Origin: Nitrospirota bacterium
GTDB lineage: Bacteria > Nitrospirota > UBA9217
Length of the DNA: 64,000 nt
NCBI GenBank assembly: GCA_963796285.1
Contig: CAWCKW010000012.1
Location: forward strand, 1,991,635 to 2,055,634
Direction: 5' to 3'
Made by a program: the position numbers and the translations under genes. The notes beneath the pieces were generated by a model that did no database searches, was not told where the DNA came from, and saw only the letters and a program-made list of their open reading frames with translations. This document shows, in pieces, positions 21,019 to 31,484 of this stretch (the first letter of the stretch is position 1; each line of letters begins with the position of its first letter).

Positions 21019-22170
21019 GTGGATCTTTTTAGACGACTCAAGAACCGCCCAGACAGCGAACACCAACAGGCGTTGTTGCGCGTAATCATCACCTGCCTGG
21101 CACTCGGGTATGCGGTAGCTATCTACGCAGGAGTTCGAGAAATCTCGATACTGCATGGTGTGTGGTTCATTAGCGGATTTTTTATCATTGCATGCGCTAT
21201 CCTGATGATGATTTTCATACATCCTGGAGCGTCCCCGGTACGCCGCAGCATTGGGATGATATTCGATTTTACGGGTGTAGCGGTGGTGTTGCATCTTCTT
21301 GGCCAGACGGGCCTTGTGTTCATCTTTATTTATTTATGGATCATCTTGGGCAATGGTCTGCGCTACGGTAAACGTTCCCTCTTTGAGTCGATGCTTCTGG
21401 GTGTCGTTTCATATTTGCTCATGGTGGCCAATACTCCCTATTGGCGCAACGACCTCTATTTGGCGTTGGGATATCTTTTCTGCATGATCGTATTGCCGCT
21501 GTATTTTTATTCGATGCTTAAGAAACTCAATGCCTCCAATGCTGAGCTGGCGAAACTCGCAGACAAGCTCCATATAATAGCAATGCATGACTCACTGACC
21601 GGCTTACCCAACAGGGCTTTCTTCCAGGAATCGCTGGAACATGCGCTGTCCATGGCGCAGAGGCGTCATGAGAGATTGGCGGTGTTATTTATCGATCTGG
21701 ACGGATTTAAAAAGATCAACGACACGCATGGACACCTGTCCGGCGACGTCGTGTTGAAAACCATTGCAAGCCGGTTGCTGGCGCTTGTGCGCAAGAGCGA
21801 TCTGGTGGCCCGTTTCGCCGGAGATGAGTTCATGGTGCTGCTCAACAACGCTAATCAAAAGAAAGTGAATATTGTGGCCCATAAATTAATAAGCGAGATC
21901 AGCGCATCGATTGTCATTGCGGACCGCACGCTGGCAGTGACCGCCAGTATCGGTATCGCTGTTTATCCGGAATCCGGCACGACCGCCGCTGATATCATGG
22001 CCAAGGCGGATATGGCAATGTATCATTGCAAGCAGCAAGGGAAAAACCGCATGATGGTCGATGGCGCTGCTGAATCAGTATCGGCGGAGGCGGTTATCGC
22101 GAGCGACGTCTTTGGAGATGTTGGTTCCAGCAGTGCATATCGTTGCCAGGCAGGGAACCATAGACAATAA
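21019..22170 (+). CDS. membrane diguanylate cyclase with RpfC-like N-terminal TM sensor
   Basis: PDSEHQQALLR, RRSIGM, LWIILGNGLRYG; DSLTGLPNR, DLDGFKKIND, RKSD I-site, AGDEF. Confidence 0.85.
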   Translation: MDLFRRLKNRPDSEHQQALLRVIITCLALGYAVAIYAGVREISILHGVWFISGFFIIACAILMMIFIHPGASPVRRSIGMIFDFTGVAVVLHLLGQTGLVFIFIYLWIILGNGLRYGKRSLFESMLLGVVSYLLMVANTPYWRNDLYLALGYLFCMIVLPLYFYSMLKKLNASNAELAKLADKLHIIAMHDSLTGLPNRAFFQESLEHALSMAQRRHERLAVLFIDLDGFKKINDTHGHLSGDVVLKTIASRLLALVRKSDLVARFAGDEFMVLLNNANQKKVNIVAHKLISEISASIVIADRTLAVTASIGIAVYPESGTTAADIMAKADMAMYHCKQQGKNRMMVDGAAESVSAEAVIASDVFGDVGSSSAYRCQAGNHRQ

Positions 22171-22463
22171 ACGAGTGGATGCGAACATGCCGCGGCAACC
22201 CGCTGTCCACGAGAAGGCGGAAATGCTCAATGGATAAAACGGTTCACCAATGACCATAATCTTGAGGGGTGACCGGTGCCATGAAGACTGACACCGAAAC
22301 CGAATGAAACTGCTGCAATGGTATGGATGAAGATAACGAAAAGGCCCGGCGAGAAAAGTTAGGTTTGAACTGACAACTATAAATTAAGAACTAAGAACGC
22401 ATTCATCTTGTTTCGACCGTGCCATATAAATGGGGTGACACTGAGATGTTCCAAGCGGTTCCC

Positions 22464-22784
22464 TCATTTGCTTTTCTTGCGTCCTTTCTCAATATCATGC
22501 CGCATGATCGAGAAACCCAGAGGAGTCAACGCCTCCTCCTTTTTTACAAGGGCCATAAAGTCGCATTTACTGCAGTCTTTCAGCTTTGCTGCATACGTTC
22601 CCTGGATCTTTCCGCCGCAGAATGAGCCCACAACTGCCCAGCATGCCCTCCCCGCGCCGATCCCGCCATGAGCGCCGTCCAGCTCCTCCGCGATGGTCAC
22701 CGGGCACGTTCCAAGCTCCTTTTCCTTCCGTCCACCAGGCTGCCGTTCACAATGCATGAATTCCCAGCAATTCAGTTTTTTCAT
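22464..22784 (-). CDS. stand-alone two-CW-type Cys-rich domain protein
   Basis: NCWEFMHC...CP...GRACW...FCGGKIQG...CSKCDF; GGGAGG RBS. Confidence 0.8.
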   Translation of the reverse strand: MKKLNCWEFMHCERQPGGRKEKELGTCPVTIAEELDGAHGGIGAGRACWAVVGSFCGGKIQGTYAAKLKDCSKCDFMALVKKEEALTPLGFSIMRHDIEKGRKKSK

Positions 22785-22874
22785 AACGACCTCCCTTTGC
22801 CTGATCAGACGCTCTCCCCGCCGGGGCGAGGACTACGGAGGGGCACGGCAGTAACGAAGGTTACGCCATTTGTC

Positions 22875-24686
22875 TTAAGCTGTTCTTTCCTTCAGCTTTT
22901 TTGCCATTTGGAAAAAATCGCACTTTCTGCAGTCCTCGTATTTCTGCGCAAAGGTGCCCTGCACCTTGCCCTGACAGAACGTTCCTGCCACTACCCAGCA
23001 GCCCCTCCCGAAGTTCGGATAGGCGGGGCACTTCGCGGTCGCGTCCTTTTCCCTGCCGCATTTCATATATTCCCAGCATTGTAGTGCCCCCGACTTGTCG
23101 TCGCTCTGAAGCGGAAAATAGAGACTGAAGAGGGAACCTTTACCCTGTACGCTCTCCGCTTTAACGAAACCGCCGTGCTCTTCAATGATCTTTCTCGTTA
23201 TGGCAAGCCCCAGGCTGGTCCCGTGGCTGATCGTTTTGGACGAATAGAACGGCTCGAAGATCAGCGACAGGATGTCCCGGCTCATGCCCTGCCCCGTGTC
23301 GGATACCTGCACAACGACATAACGCACGTCGTGAAGCTCTTCGGTCCCTGCGGTTATCTTCAGGGTCCCGCCGCGGGGCATGGCGTCGATCGCATTGGCG
23401 ATCAGATTGGTGAGCGCCTGTTTGACCTGGTCCCTGTCGATCAGGACCGGAGGAAGGTCTTTTTCCATCAGGACCTCCACGGCGATCGATAGCTCGGCGC
23501 AGATCGCTTCATGCGCGTTCACGACCTCATACAAGAATTCCCCGACCAGGTGCTTTTCCAGATGGAGCCGCGCGTCCCGTGAGAAGGTCAGCACATCTCT
23601 CAATATTTTTTCGAGCCGGTCGACCTCGGTCACGATGATCTCGGCGCGCGCCCGCTCCTTTTCTCCCGAGGCGCTCTTCTGAAGCCTGCGCGCAAAGCCA
23701 CCGATGGCCGTGAGGGGGTTCCGTATTTCGTGCGCCACGTCGGCGGTAAGCCTTCCGAGCGCCGCGAGCTTTTCCGCCTGGATAAGGTTATCCCGGGAAC
23801 CCTTCAGCTCCTTCGTCTTGCTTGCCACTTCCCGCTCGAGGGTCTCCGTCCACGCCTCCATTTTTTCTCTCGTTCCCCTGAGCTCCCCGGTCATGTCGTT
23901 GAACGTATGGACGAGCCTGCCCAGTTCGTCATCCGAAGACGCTACCGCGGTCCGGCCGAGGTCTCCCTGCCCAACTGCTCCCATGGCATCCGAGAGGCTT
24001 GTTACGGGTTTCAGCACGAATTTGCGGAGAACGACATAGAGAATGACGGAGACCACGAACATAAAGGAGATGGCATAGACCGTGGTATGAAGCGTTTGCT
24101 CGCGGATGTCCCGGTCAACGGTGGCAAGGGAAAAATCGGATTCCAGGATACCGAGCACCCGCTGGGACGGGGCATGGACATGGCAGGCCGCGCGCGAGCA
24201 GGATGGTTCGTTGTAGATCGGCTCGACAAAGAACAGCATGTCGTATCCCTCTTTGCCGACACTGGTCGTCCATTGGGTCTCTTTGGCCAGCGTTCCCGAC
24301 GGGCTTCCAGGACCAGCATGACAGCCGATGCAGTCAGGGGCGCTCCGGTCGACCTGCTTCCCGATATCCTCTTGTTTGGATGAATAATGGATCCGGCCTT
24401 TGCCGTCGAAGAGCCTGATCCCTTTGAGATCCTTTACGGACATGAGCTCTTCGATCGTCTCTTGGATCGCATCCCTGTTGTTCGTGAGCATACTGTACCG
24501 TATGCTCTTGTGAATGAGCTCGGAGTACGCGGCAGCGTCCTTCACCGCTTCGTTCACGAGGTTTTCCCTGCCCGCATGGATCAAGGTATACCAGGAGATG
24601 CCCCCTCCGACGAGAATGAGCAAAACGATCGCGACAATGAGCTTTACTGCGAGCGACCTGGATATGAAGGTGAGATAGTTGGACAT
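22875..24686 (-). CDS. sensor histidine kinase: periplasmic heme-c motifs, HAMP, HisKA, HATPase, C-terminal two-CW-type domain
   Basis: CIGCH and CSRAACH between two TMs; AHEIRNPL; [10 protein letters not shown]; DTGQG; CWEYMKC...CRKCDFF. Confidence 0.9.
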   Translation of the reverse strand: MSNYLTFISRSLAVKLIVAIVLLILVGGGISWYTLIHAGRENLVNEAVKDAAAYSELIHKSIRYSMLTNNRDAIQETIEELMSVKDLKGIRLFDGKGRIHYSSKQEDIGKQVDRSAPDCIGCHAGPGSPSGTLAKETQWTTSVGKEGYDMLFFVEPIYNEPSCSRAACHVHAPSQRVLGILESDFSLATVDRDIREQTLHTTVYAISFMFVVSVILYVVLRKFVLKPVTSLSDAMGAVGQGDLGRTAVASSDDELGRLVHTFNDMTGELRGTREKMEAWTETLEREVASKTKELKGSRDNLIQAEKLAALGRLTADVAHEIRNPLTAIGGFARRLQKSASGEKERARAEIIVTEVDRLEKILRDVLTFSRDARLHLEKHLVGEFLYEVVNAHEAICAELSIAVEVLMEKDLPPVLIDRDQVKQALTNLIANAIDAMPRGGTLKITAGTEELHDVRYVVVQVSDTGQGMSRDILSLIFEPFYSSKTISHGTSLGLAITRKIIEEHGGFVKAESVQGKGSLFSLYFPLQSDDKSGALQCWEYMKCGREKDATAKCPAYPNFGRGCWVVAGTFCQGKVQGTFAQKYEDCRKCDFFQMAKKLKERTA

Positions 24687-24831
24687 GGCGCAATCACGGC
24701 CAATGAGCCGTTATTATCATCATACCTTTTTTTTACCCCGGAATCATCGAAAAAGAGCGTCCCCTTTTCACGCTTTCAGGGAACACTCCTGCGGTCGTAC
24801 AGGAACGACCGTACCCCAGGATCTTCCGCAT

Positions 24832-24865
24832 AAAAAACCCTCATGAAATGGTCCATGAGGGTTTT
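24832..24865 (-). terminator. intrinsic terminator after the cytochrome gene
   Basis: AAAACCCTCATG-N8-CATGAGGGTTTT stem with U-run on the minus strand. Confidence 0.7.
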
Positions 24866-24893
24866 CTCCGTCTATAATGACTTCTCCCTTATT

Positions 24894-25217
24894 TTACTTC
24901 TTCGCGTGGCACTTTGTACAATTTGCCGCGTCCTTCGTGCTGAAGGCCTTGGTGCCGTTGTGGCAGGTACCGCAGAACTTTCCATCATTCATGTCCTTCA
25001 TGGTGATGGCATCAGCACCCTTCTTCATCTTGAAGACCGCCGGATGGCAAGCCGCGCACTTGAGCCCTTTGTCAGCATGTATTTTGCCGTCAAAGACAAC
25101 CTTATCCGCGCCCTGCGGCGTGAACTCCACGGTCTTTCCGGCCGGGACCGCGAATGCGGAAACCGCCATCGCGAACGTTACAACCACGACAAGGACAAAT
25201 ACGAACAACCTCTTCAT
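24894..25217 (-). CDS. periplasmic triheme c7-type cytochrome
   Basis: signal peptide; CAACH, CGTCH, CTKCH; AGGAGG RBS. Confidence 0.92.
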   Translation of the reverse strand: MKRLFVFVLVVVVTFAMAVSAFAVPAGKTVEFTPQGADKVVFDGKIHADKGLKCAACHPAVFKMKKGADAITMKDMNDGKFCGTCHNGTKAFSTKDAANCTKCHAKK

Positions 25218-25524
25218 TTTTGTTTCACCTCCTTTCCTGGTCATATGTGCTAAGAACATCTTTTGAACGTTGTTACGGAAGTGCATTTCCAATGAACTTA
25301 GATCGTTTCGCGATCTGCTTAACAACATCACCCATGTATATTTTGACCCTGAAATGGTGGAAAGGATAAAAGGCAGGGAGAAAGATCCGATCCTAAGATT
25401 TGTGGAAAAACCTTCGCTCGAGACGGTGGTATCTTTTTCCCTTTCTCTCCGATTTTTTTCAGGCCGGGAATTCGATACAACCGGTCCTCTATGCTATACT
25501 TGAATCTCAAGGAGGTAATTATCC

Positions 25525-26730
25525 ATGGAGGAAGAGACCTATCCATATATAATCGTCGGAGGCGGCCTGGCCGGAGCATCGGCAGTGGAGGGGATACGGG
25601 AACAGGACAACAAGGGGGCAATTCTCCTCATCGGCGCTGAAACACACCTGCCCTACGACCGCCCGCCTCTTACGAAGAAGCTCTGGACCGGCAAAAAGAA
25701 GGTCGAAGAAATATTTCTTCATGATAAAAAATTCTACGACCGGAACAGGGTGACCGTGGCATCGGGCATCGCGGTCACGTCGCTCGACCCAAAACAAAAG
25801 TCCGTTCAGACGAACGCAGGAAAGCAGTATCGCTATCAAAAACTTCTGCTTGCCACGGGCGGCGTTCCGCGGACACTGCCCATCCCCGGCGGCAACCTCG
25901 AAGGGATCTGCTACTTCCGCACGTTGGATGATTACCTGAAGTTGCGGAAAGGATCCACGGAGGGGAAAAAGGCGGTCGTCATCGGCGGCGGGTTCATCGG
26001 CTCAGAGATCGCGGCCGCATTGGCCATGAATAAAATCGACGTGACCATGATCTTTCCCGAGAGCTATCTCGTGAACAGGGTCTTCCCTGACTACCTGGGG
26101 CGGGCGCTGTTGAAGCAGTACCTCGCGCGCGGCATAACGGTCCTTGTCAACGAGACGCCGTCGGCCTTTGAGAACGTGGGAGGCAAATTCATCACGCGGA
26201 CGCAGAGCGGCGTGAAAATCGAGTCGGATATGGTGATCGCGGGCATCGGCGTCGCGCCATCGCTCGACCTTCCGCGGCGCGCGGGACTGCAAACCGCAGA
26301 CGGGGTCATTGTCGACGAATATCTTGAGGCATCGCTCCCCGACATCTACGCCGCGGGCGACATCGCGTTCTTCCCCTACCAGGCCCTGGGGAAACAGACG
26401 CGCGTCGAGCACTGGGACAATGCGTTGAACCAGGGCAAGTGGGCGGGCAGGAACATGGCCGGGGCGCGCGAGCCCTACACGTACATGCCTTATTTTTTCT
26501 CGGACCTGTTCGAGTTCGGATACGAGGCCGTGGGAGAGGTCGATGCCCGGCTCGAGACCTTCGCGGACTGGCAGAAAGAGAACGATACCGGTGTGATCTA
26601 CTACCTCAAGAACAACAAGGTCCGGGGGGCGATGATGTGCAATGTGTGGGACAAGGTCGAGGCGGCGCGCGACCTGATCCGCCGGGACGCGCAGGTCGCG
26701 AAAGAAAGCCTGCGGGGGATGATCAAGTGA
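25525..26730 (+). CDS. FAD/NAD(P)-dependent oxidoreductase (ferredoxin reductase-like)
   Basis: GGGLAG, PYDRPPLTK, LLLATGG, GGGFIGSE, YAAGDIA, RVEHWDNA, PYFFSD. Confidence 0.9.
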   Translation: MEEETYPYIIVGGGLAGASAVEGIREQDNKGAILLIGAETHLPYDRPPLTKKLWTGKKKVEEIFLHDKKFYDRNRVTVASGIAVTSLDPKQKSVQTNAGKQYRYQKLLLATGGVPRTLPIPGGNLEGICYFRTLDDYLKLRKGSTEGKKAVVIGGGFIGSEIAAALAMNKIDVTMIFPESYLVNRVFPDYLGRALLKQYLARGITVLVNETPSAFENVGGKFITRTQSGVKIESDMVIAGIGVAPSLDLPRRAGLQTADGVIVDEYLEASLPDIYAAGDIAFFPYQALGKQTRVEHWDNALNQGKWAGRNMAGAREPYTYMPYFFSDLFEFGYEAVGEVDARLETFADWQKENDTGVIYYLKNNKVRGAMMCNVWDKVEAARDLIRRDAQVAKESLRGMIK

Positions 26731-26791
26731 ATACGCCCCGGAACCACGGGAAACAGATGAACGCGGGCAACAACGGCAAGTGGAGGTCACG

Positions 26792-27139
26792 ATGAAACTC
26801 TCGGAACAAACGGCAACACCCATCGCAAAGGGGACCGTTCCTCTTTCGCAAAAAGAGGCGGAGGAGCTCGCGCGCGAGATCCCGTTGTGGACTCTTGGCA
26901 CAGGTGCCATCGAACGAGAATTCCATTTCAGGAATTTTCGCGAGGCCATGGAGTTCGTGAACCGGGTGGCCGCGCTTGCGAACGAGCAGGACCATCATCC
27001 GGATATGTACATATCCTACAGCAACGTGCGGTTGACCCTGTCGACGCATAAGATCAGCGGCCTGTCGCTGAACGACTTTATCGTGGCGGCGAAGATCGAC
27101 CTGTTGGCGGATCAGCAACGGATCGGTGAAGCCGCATGA
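26792..27139 (+). CDS. pterin-4a-carbinolamine dehydratase
   Basis: F.NF.EAM.FVN.VA..A..QDHHPD, THKISGLSLNDFIVAAKID. Confidence 0.9.
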   Translation: MKLSEQTATPIAKGTVPLSQKEAEELAREIPLWTLGTGAIEREFHFRNFREAMEFVNRVAALANEQDHHPDMYISYSNVRLTLSTHKISGLSLNDFIVAAKIDLLADQQRIGEAA

Positions 27140-27930
27140 CCGGTCATCTCCCGGGGCCCCCGGAACAAAGCACACCAAAACGCCTGAAGGGAAAGGTCGC
27201 CCTGGTCACCGGTGCGAGCAAACGGATAGGACGCGCGCTCGCCATCGCGCTTGCGGAAGAAGGGGTGAATATCGTAGCGCACGACCGCAGGACGCAGGAA
27301 AGCGAGACCGCCAGGGTCTGCGGTGAAGTGCAGGACTGCGGGGCGAGGTCCTGGAAGGTCCTGGCCGACCTGGACAAACCGGAAGATTATGAGACACTGC
27401 TTGCACGGGCACTCCAGACCGCGGGCTCCCTCGACATCCTGATCAACAATGCATCCATCTTTTCCCCCGGCACGCTCATGGACATCGGGTACGGCGACGT
27501 GATGCGCCATATGCACGTAAACGCGTGGGCGCCCTTTGTCCTGAGCCGGGAATTCGCACGGCTCGTGCCGAGCGGCAAGATCATCAACCTCCTCGACACC
27601 AAGATCGCCGGCTATGATTCGGAGCATGTGGCATATATCCTGAGCAAGCACATGCTGTCGATCCTCACCAGGATGTGCGCGCTGGAATTCGCCCCCGGTG
27701 TCACGGTGAACGCCGTAGCACCCGGCCTCATCCTCCCTCCCGCGGGCAAGGACGATGCTTACCTGGAACAGCTCGCGCAGGGTGTGCCGCTCAAGCGACA
27801 TGGCTCTCCCGCCGATATTGCGGATGCAACGATCTATTTGCTGAAAAGCGACTATGTGACCGGCCAGATCATCTACGTTGACGGCGGCCGGCGCCTTTTG
27901 GAGGACGGCCATGGACCGGATCCTGATTAA
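27136..27930 (+). CDS. SDR of pteridine-reductase/FolM type
   Basis: TGASKRIG, NNASIF, YILSK, VNAVAPG, VTGQIIYVDGG; pterin-gene context. Confidence 0.8.
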   Translation: MTGHLPGPPEQSTPKRLKGKVALVTGASKRIGRALAIALAEEGVNIVAHDRRTQESETARVCGEVQDCGARSWKVLADLDKPEDYETLLARALQTAGSLDILINNASIFSPGTLMDIGYGDVMRHMHVNAWAPFVLSREFARLVPSGKIINLLDTKIAGYDSEHVAYILSKHMLSILTRMCALEFAPGVTVNAVAPGLILPPAGKDDAYLEQLAQGVPLKRHGSPADIADATIYLLKSDYVTGQIIYVDGGRRLLEDGHGPDPD

Positions 27931-28267
27931 GGACCTTCTCGTGCGGTGCGTCATCGGCGTTCATGACGAGGAACGGCGGGACAAACAGGACGTGCTGATC
28001 AACCTGTCGCTCTCGGTGGACCTCCACAAGGCCGGCACGAGCGACCGGCTCGAAGATTCCGTGGACTACCGGGCGCTGAACAAGGAGATCCTGAGCATGG
28101 TGGAACACTCGCAGTTCCATCTCGTGGAAGCCCTGGCGCAGGCGGTGGCCGATATCTGTCTCGAATATCCGTCCATAAAGGAAGCCTCGGTGAGGGTGGA
28201 AAAGCCCGGGGCGCTCAGGTTCGCAGGAAGCGTCGGGGTGGAGATCGTCAGGCGGCGCGCAGACTGA
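27911..28267 (+). CDS. folB: dihydroneopterin aldolase (FolB/FolX family)
   Basis: IGVHDEER...Q, SVDY, LVEALA, VEKPGAL. Confidence 0.85.
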   Translation: MDRILIKDLLVRCVIGVHDEERRDKQDVLINLSLSVDLHKAGTSDRLEDSVDYRALNKEILSMVEHSQFHLVEALAQAVADICLEYPSIKEASVRVEKPGALRFAGSVGVEIVRRRAD

Positions 28268-28269
28268 TC

Positions 28270-28797
28270 ATGGCACGGGCCTTCATAAGCATCGGATCGA
28301 ACATCGAACCGGAAACCAATGTGAAGAACGCCGTCCACCGGCTTGGGTCGACGGCGCGGGTCACGGCGATCTCCACGGTCTATCGCACGGAACCCGTCGG
28401 ACCGCCCGGCCAGCCGTGGTTCTACAACTGCGTGGTGGAGATCGAAACGGACCTGCCCCCCCGGGAGTTGAAGTTCGGGCTGCTGCGCCGCATCGAGGTC
28501 GAACTCGGCAGGACCCGGAACGGTGACAAGTTCGCGGCGCGCACCATCGACCTTGATCTCATCCTCTATGAAGAGCTCGTGATGACGACACCGGACCTTG
28601 CACTCCCGGACCCCGATATCCCGGAGCGACCGTTCCTTGCCATCCCGCTCCATGAGCTGGCGCCCGGCCTGATCCTGCCGGGATCGGGTCTGCGCATACA
28701 GGAGGCGGCTGCGGCGCTGTCTCCAAACACCATGAAGCCGCTTGCAGCCTACACAGAACACCTGCGAAAGGAGTTCCTCCATGAGCGGAAACAGTGA
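28270..28797 (+). CDS. folK: 6-hydroxymethyl-7,8-dihydropterin pyrophosphokinase
   Basis: [41 protein letters not shown]. Confidence 0.92.
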   Translation: MARAFISIGSNIEPETNVKNAVHRLGSTARVTAISTVYRTEPVGPPGQPWFYNCVVEIETDLPPRELKFGLLRRIEVELGRTRNGDKFAARTIDLDLILYEELVMTTPDLALPDPDIPERPFLAIPLHELAPGLILPGSGLRIQEAAAALSPNTMKPLAAYTEHLRKEFLHERKQ

Positions 28798-29356
28798 AAC
28801 GATCGAGCGCCTGGTCAAAGAACTGCTGGTCGAGCTCGGTGAAGACCCTCAGCGTGAAGGCCTTGTCGATACGCCCAAACGCGTTGCCGCTTCCCTGGCC
28901 TATCTCACGTCGGGCTACCAGGCCGATGTCGATAAGCTGATCAACCAGGCGTGCTTCGCGCAGCAAACGACCAGCATGATCGTTCTAAAGGACATCGAGC
29001 TGTACAGCCTCTGCGAACACCACCTGCTGCCGTTCTACGGCCGGTGCCATATCGGCTACATCCCCCGGGGACGCGTTTTCGGCATCAGCAAACTGGCCCG
29101 CCTGGTCGACGTGTATGCCCGCAGGCTCCAGATCCAGGAGCGGCTCACGGAGCAGATAGCCTTCGCCATAAAGGACTCGATCAACGCCGACGGCGTCGGC
29201 GTCCTGATCGAGGCGCGCCACCTCTGCATGATGATGCGGGGAGTGGAGAAGCAGAATTCCATGTTCGTGACCTCATCGCTGCTCGGGGTCTTCCGCACGA
29301 ACCCCGCGACGAGAGAGGAATTTCTGTCGATCATCAACCGGCCGAAAACGCTGTGA
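28781..29356 (+). CDS. folE: GTP cyclohydrolase I
   Basis: [48 protein letters not shown]. Confidence 0.96.
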   Translation: MSGNSETIERLVKELLVELGEDPQREGLVDTPKRVAASLAYLTSGYQADVDKLINQACFAQQTTSMIVLKDIELYSLCEHHLLPFYGRCHIGYIPRGRVFGISKLARLVDVYARRLQIQERLTEQIAFAIKDSINADGVGVLIEARHLCMMMRGVEKQNSMFVTSSLLGVFRTNPATREEFLSIINRPKTL

Positions 29357-29522
29357 TCCTGACCTATGGTCGGTCTTTCGGCCTGACAGTGCCCTCTTCT
29401 ATGTCCCACCCGCTTCGTCGCATCGGACTGGGGAGAGAACTCCACGATTCCGCTATGCTGGAGAGGTCGTTCTTACCGTTCTCCGCAGTATTTCACGGAC
29501 ACAGTCATAGCGGTCTCCTCGC

Positions 29523-29768
29523 CTAACGGATGTACAGCGCTACCCGCCAAACCACGAAAAGCGCCCCGGGAAGTGCAAGCAGCGCGGCAACCCTGCTCCA
29601 AAAAACAGCCTTTGAAAATTGGGCCGACATGTTATCTTCCGCTGCTTTCTCTCTCTTGGACAATTCTGATAATGCCCGCGAGTAAAATTCATGTTCTTCC
29701 GTATATTTGGTCAGGCAGACATTCAATTCAGCATTAGACTTCTTGGAAAAATCCGGATCGTATTCCAT
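29523..29768 (-). CDS. small hypothetical protein with C-terminal TM
   Basis: 81-aa ORF with GGAGG RBS. Confidence 0.6.
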   Translation of the reverse strand: MEYDPDFSKKSNAELNVCLTKYTEEHEFYSRALSELSKREKAAEDNMSAQFSKAVFWSRVAALLALPGALFVVWRVALYIR

Positions 29769-29837
29769 TTATGTCCTCCACCTTTTGATTTTGAAAAATC
29801 GGGCGGTTATACCTGCACGGGGTCTATGGATTCGTTT

Positions 29838-30681
29838 TTACTGCAGCACCACGTAATCGGCGTCAAGGAGCGAAACTGTCTTCCGCTCGATCTGGCCGGG
29901 GATCAAGGGCAGGACCACTTTGTACGTGAAGGATGACTGTTGGGCAACCTGCTCCGGAATGCCCCGCTTCCAGGCATGCCCCACGCCGGAAAGCACGACC
30001 GTGGTTTTGCCCGGGGACTTCTTCTGATACTCGATCAGGTTCCAGGCCATGCTCTTGTCCCATACCATCTGTGCTTCGCAGAAGTTCAGGAACCGCTTGT
30101 CTTCCTGCTGCGAGTGGCCCGCATAAGCCTGTCTGATAAATTGCATGTACGTCGGGTCGATATTGCAGCTGATCCCCGGCGGCAAGTAGTTGTTTCTGCT
30201 CCGCGTTCAACGCGAGAAAGCCGCTCCGCGCGACCGCTTTGGTGATATCAGACGGGATATTGAGACCGACGAGCGGGATCTGGTGCTCCCGCGCGTAGAG
30301 AAAGATGCCGCGGTACGCGGGCCAGGGCTGCCTCCAGTTATCATAGTACGACGGCAGGAATTGCTCCAGCGATGAAGAACCGCTGACCCATGAATTCAGG
30401 TCCTGTTGACTGTCGGACCTGAACATCTCCAGGCCAACAGAAAGAGGCAGATCCGATTCGTGTAACGACCTGATGATCCTGAGCTCCATGTCATGGTGCG
30501 CCGGTTCATCGTGGACTTCCCCGACGAAAACGATGTCGGCGTTGCTGATCTCCTGGATCATGCGGTCGTAAGAAATAACGGCGCCGTCGCGTACGCGCAG
30601 GATATCGCCCCCGGTGCTTGCGCGGATGAAGAAAGCGAAGGCCAGAAGAACGGCTGCCAGGATAAACGTTCTTGATCTCAT
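29838..30681 (-). pseudogene. ChaN-family (heme/iron-uptake-like) protein with a single frameshift near 30185
   Basis: FVGEVHD...HH, GLEMF in one frame; AQMVWDKSMA, GVGH in the next; could be a sequencing indel. Confidence 0.75.
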
Positions 30682-31039
30682 ACCGTTATTTTTGCGCGAA
30701 CTGCAGCCAATGTCAAGGGCAACATGAAGGCAGAAAGGAGACGTTCTATCAGGATCGCATCGCTCTCTCAAAGGGAAGGCATGGATAAGAACAACGTCCA
30801 CTGGTTGATTCAAACTGCGGCAATGATGAAGAGGGAGATACAGCAAAGTCTCAATGAGAACCGGAACGATCCTCATCAGGAAATGCTATTGCACACAGGA
30901 CAACATCCTTTGATTGGGTGACCCTGAGCAGTTATGATGGATAATTTTGGCGGATGGTAAGAAAGCAGAGCGTCCCCTCGCGGTTCAGGCTCCGGCGTCC
31001 TCCGCAGGCGTCCCTTTCGATCATTTCAGGCAGGCGACC

Positions 31040-31174
31040 CTATACAGTTCTGCTTTTTCCGTCAAGCGAACTCTTCTGCTGCTTGTCCCTCTGCTGCTGC
31101 ACGTCATGCACATGCTTTACTGTTTTCTGCTTCTGGCTCTTTTCCTTGCCCTTCCTGCCGCCCTTGTCTCCCAT
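31040..31174 (-). CDS. small basic protein MGDKGGRKGKEKSQKQK... (44 aa; below the ORF-track cutoff)
   Basis: AAGGAG RBS; paralog at 46190-46333. Confidence 0.7.
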   Translation of the reverse strand: MGDKGGRKGKEKSQKQKTVKHVHDVQQQRDKQQKSSLDGKSRTV

Positions 31175-31484
31175 TGTGCATCTCCTTTTTGCATCTGGAT
31201 AGTGTGCATGTGATCATTATACCATGTTATACGTCCGGCATGTGAACAGGAGAGATTGGATGGGGATATTATTGCGATAGTAAAATAGAAAGGGGTAAAC
31301 TGCGGGTGTATCCCGGATAGCGACCTGTACTCAATGGACATAGCAAATTACAACGAAAAAGACTTGACCTAATGCCGTTCCCCGGGGCGCGCCGTGGTCG
31401 CGAGCACTGAAGCGAATAGAGCGTAACTATGCCGCCATAGCAGAAAAAGAAAATGGGGTTTATCAGAAGGGAAAAAGTGCGGCT

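Noticed and set aside
29473-29508. RBS plus MTVSVKYCGER* (minus strand), reminiscent of an Rdx/SelW selenoprotein start
   Set aside because: No in-frame TGA at the Sec position, a TAA stop follows, and there is no convincing downstream similarity
30724-30921. 65-aa ORF MKAERRRS...
   Set aside because: No recognisable motif or clear RBS; cannot be supported
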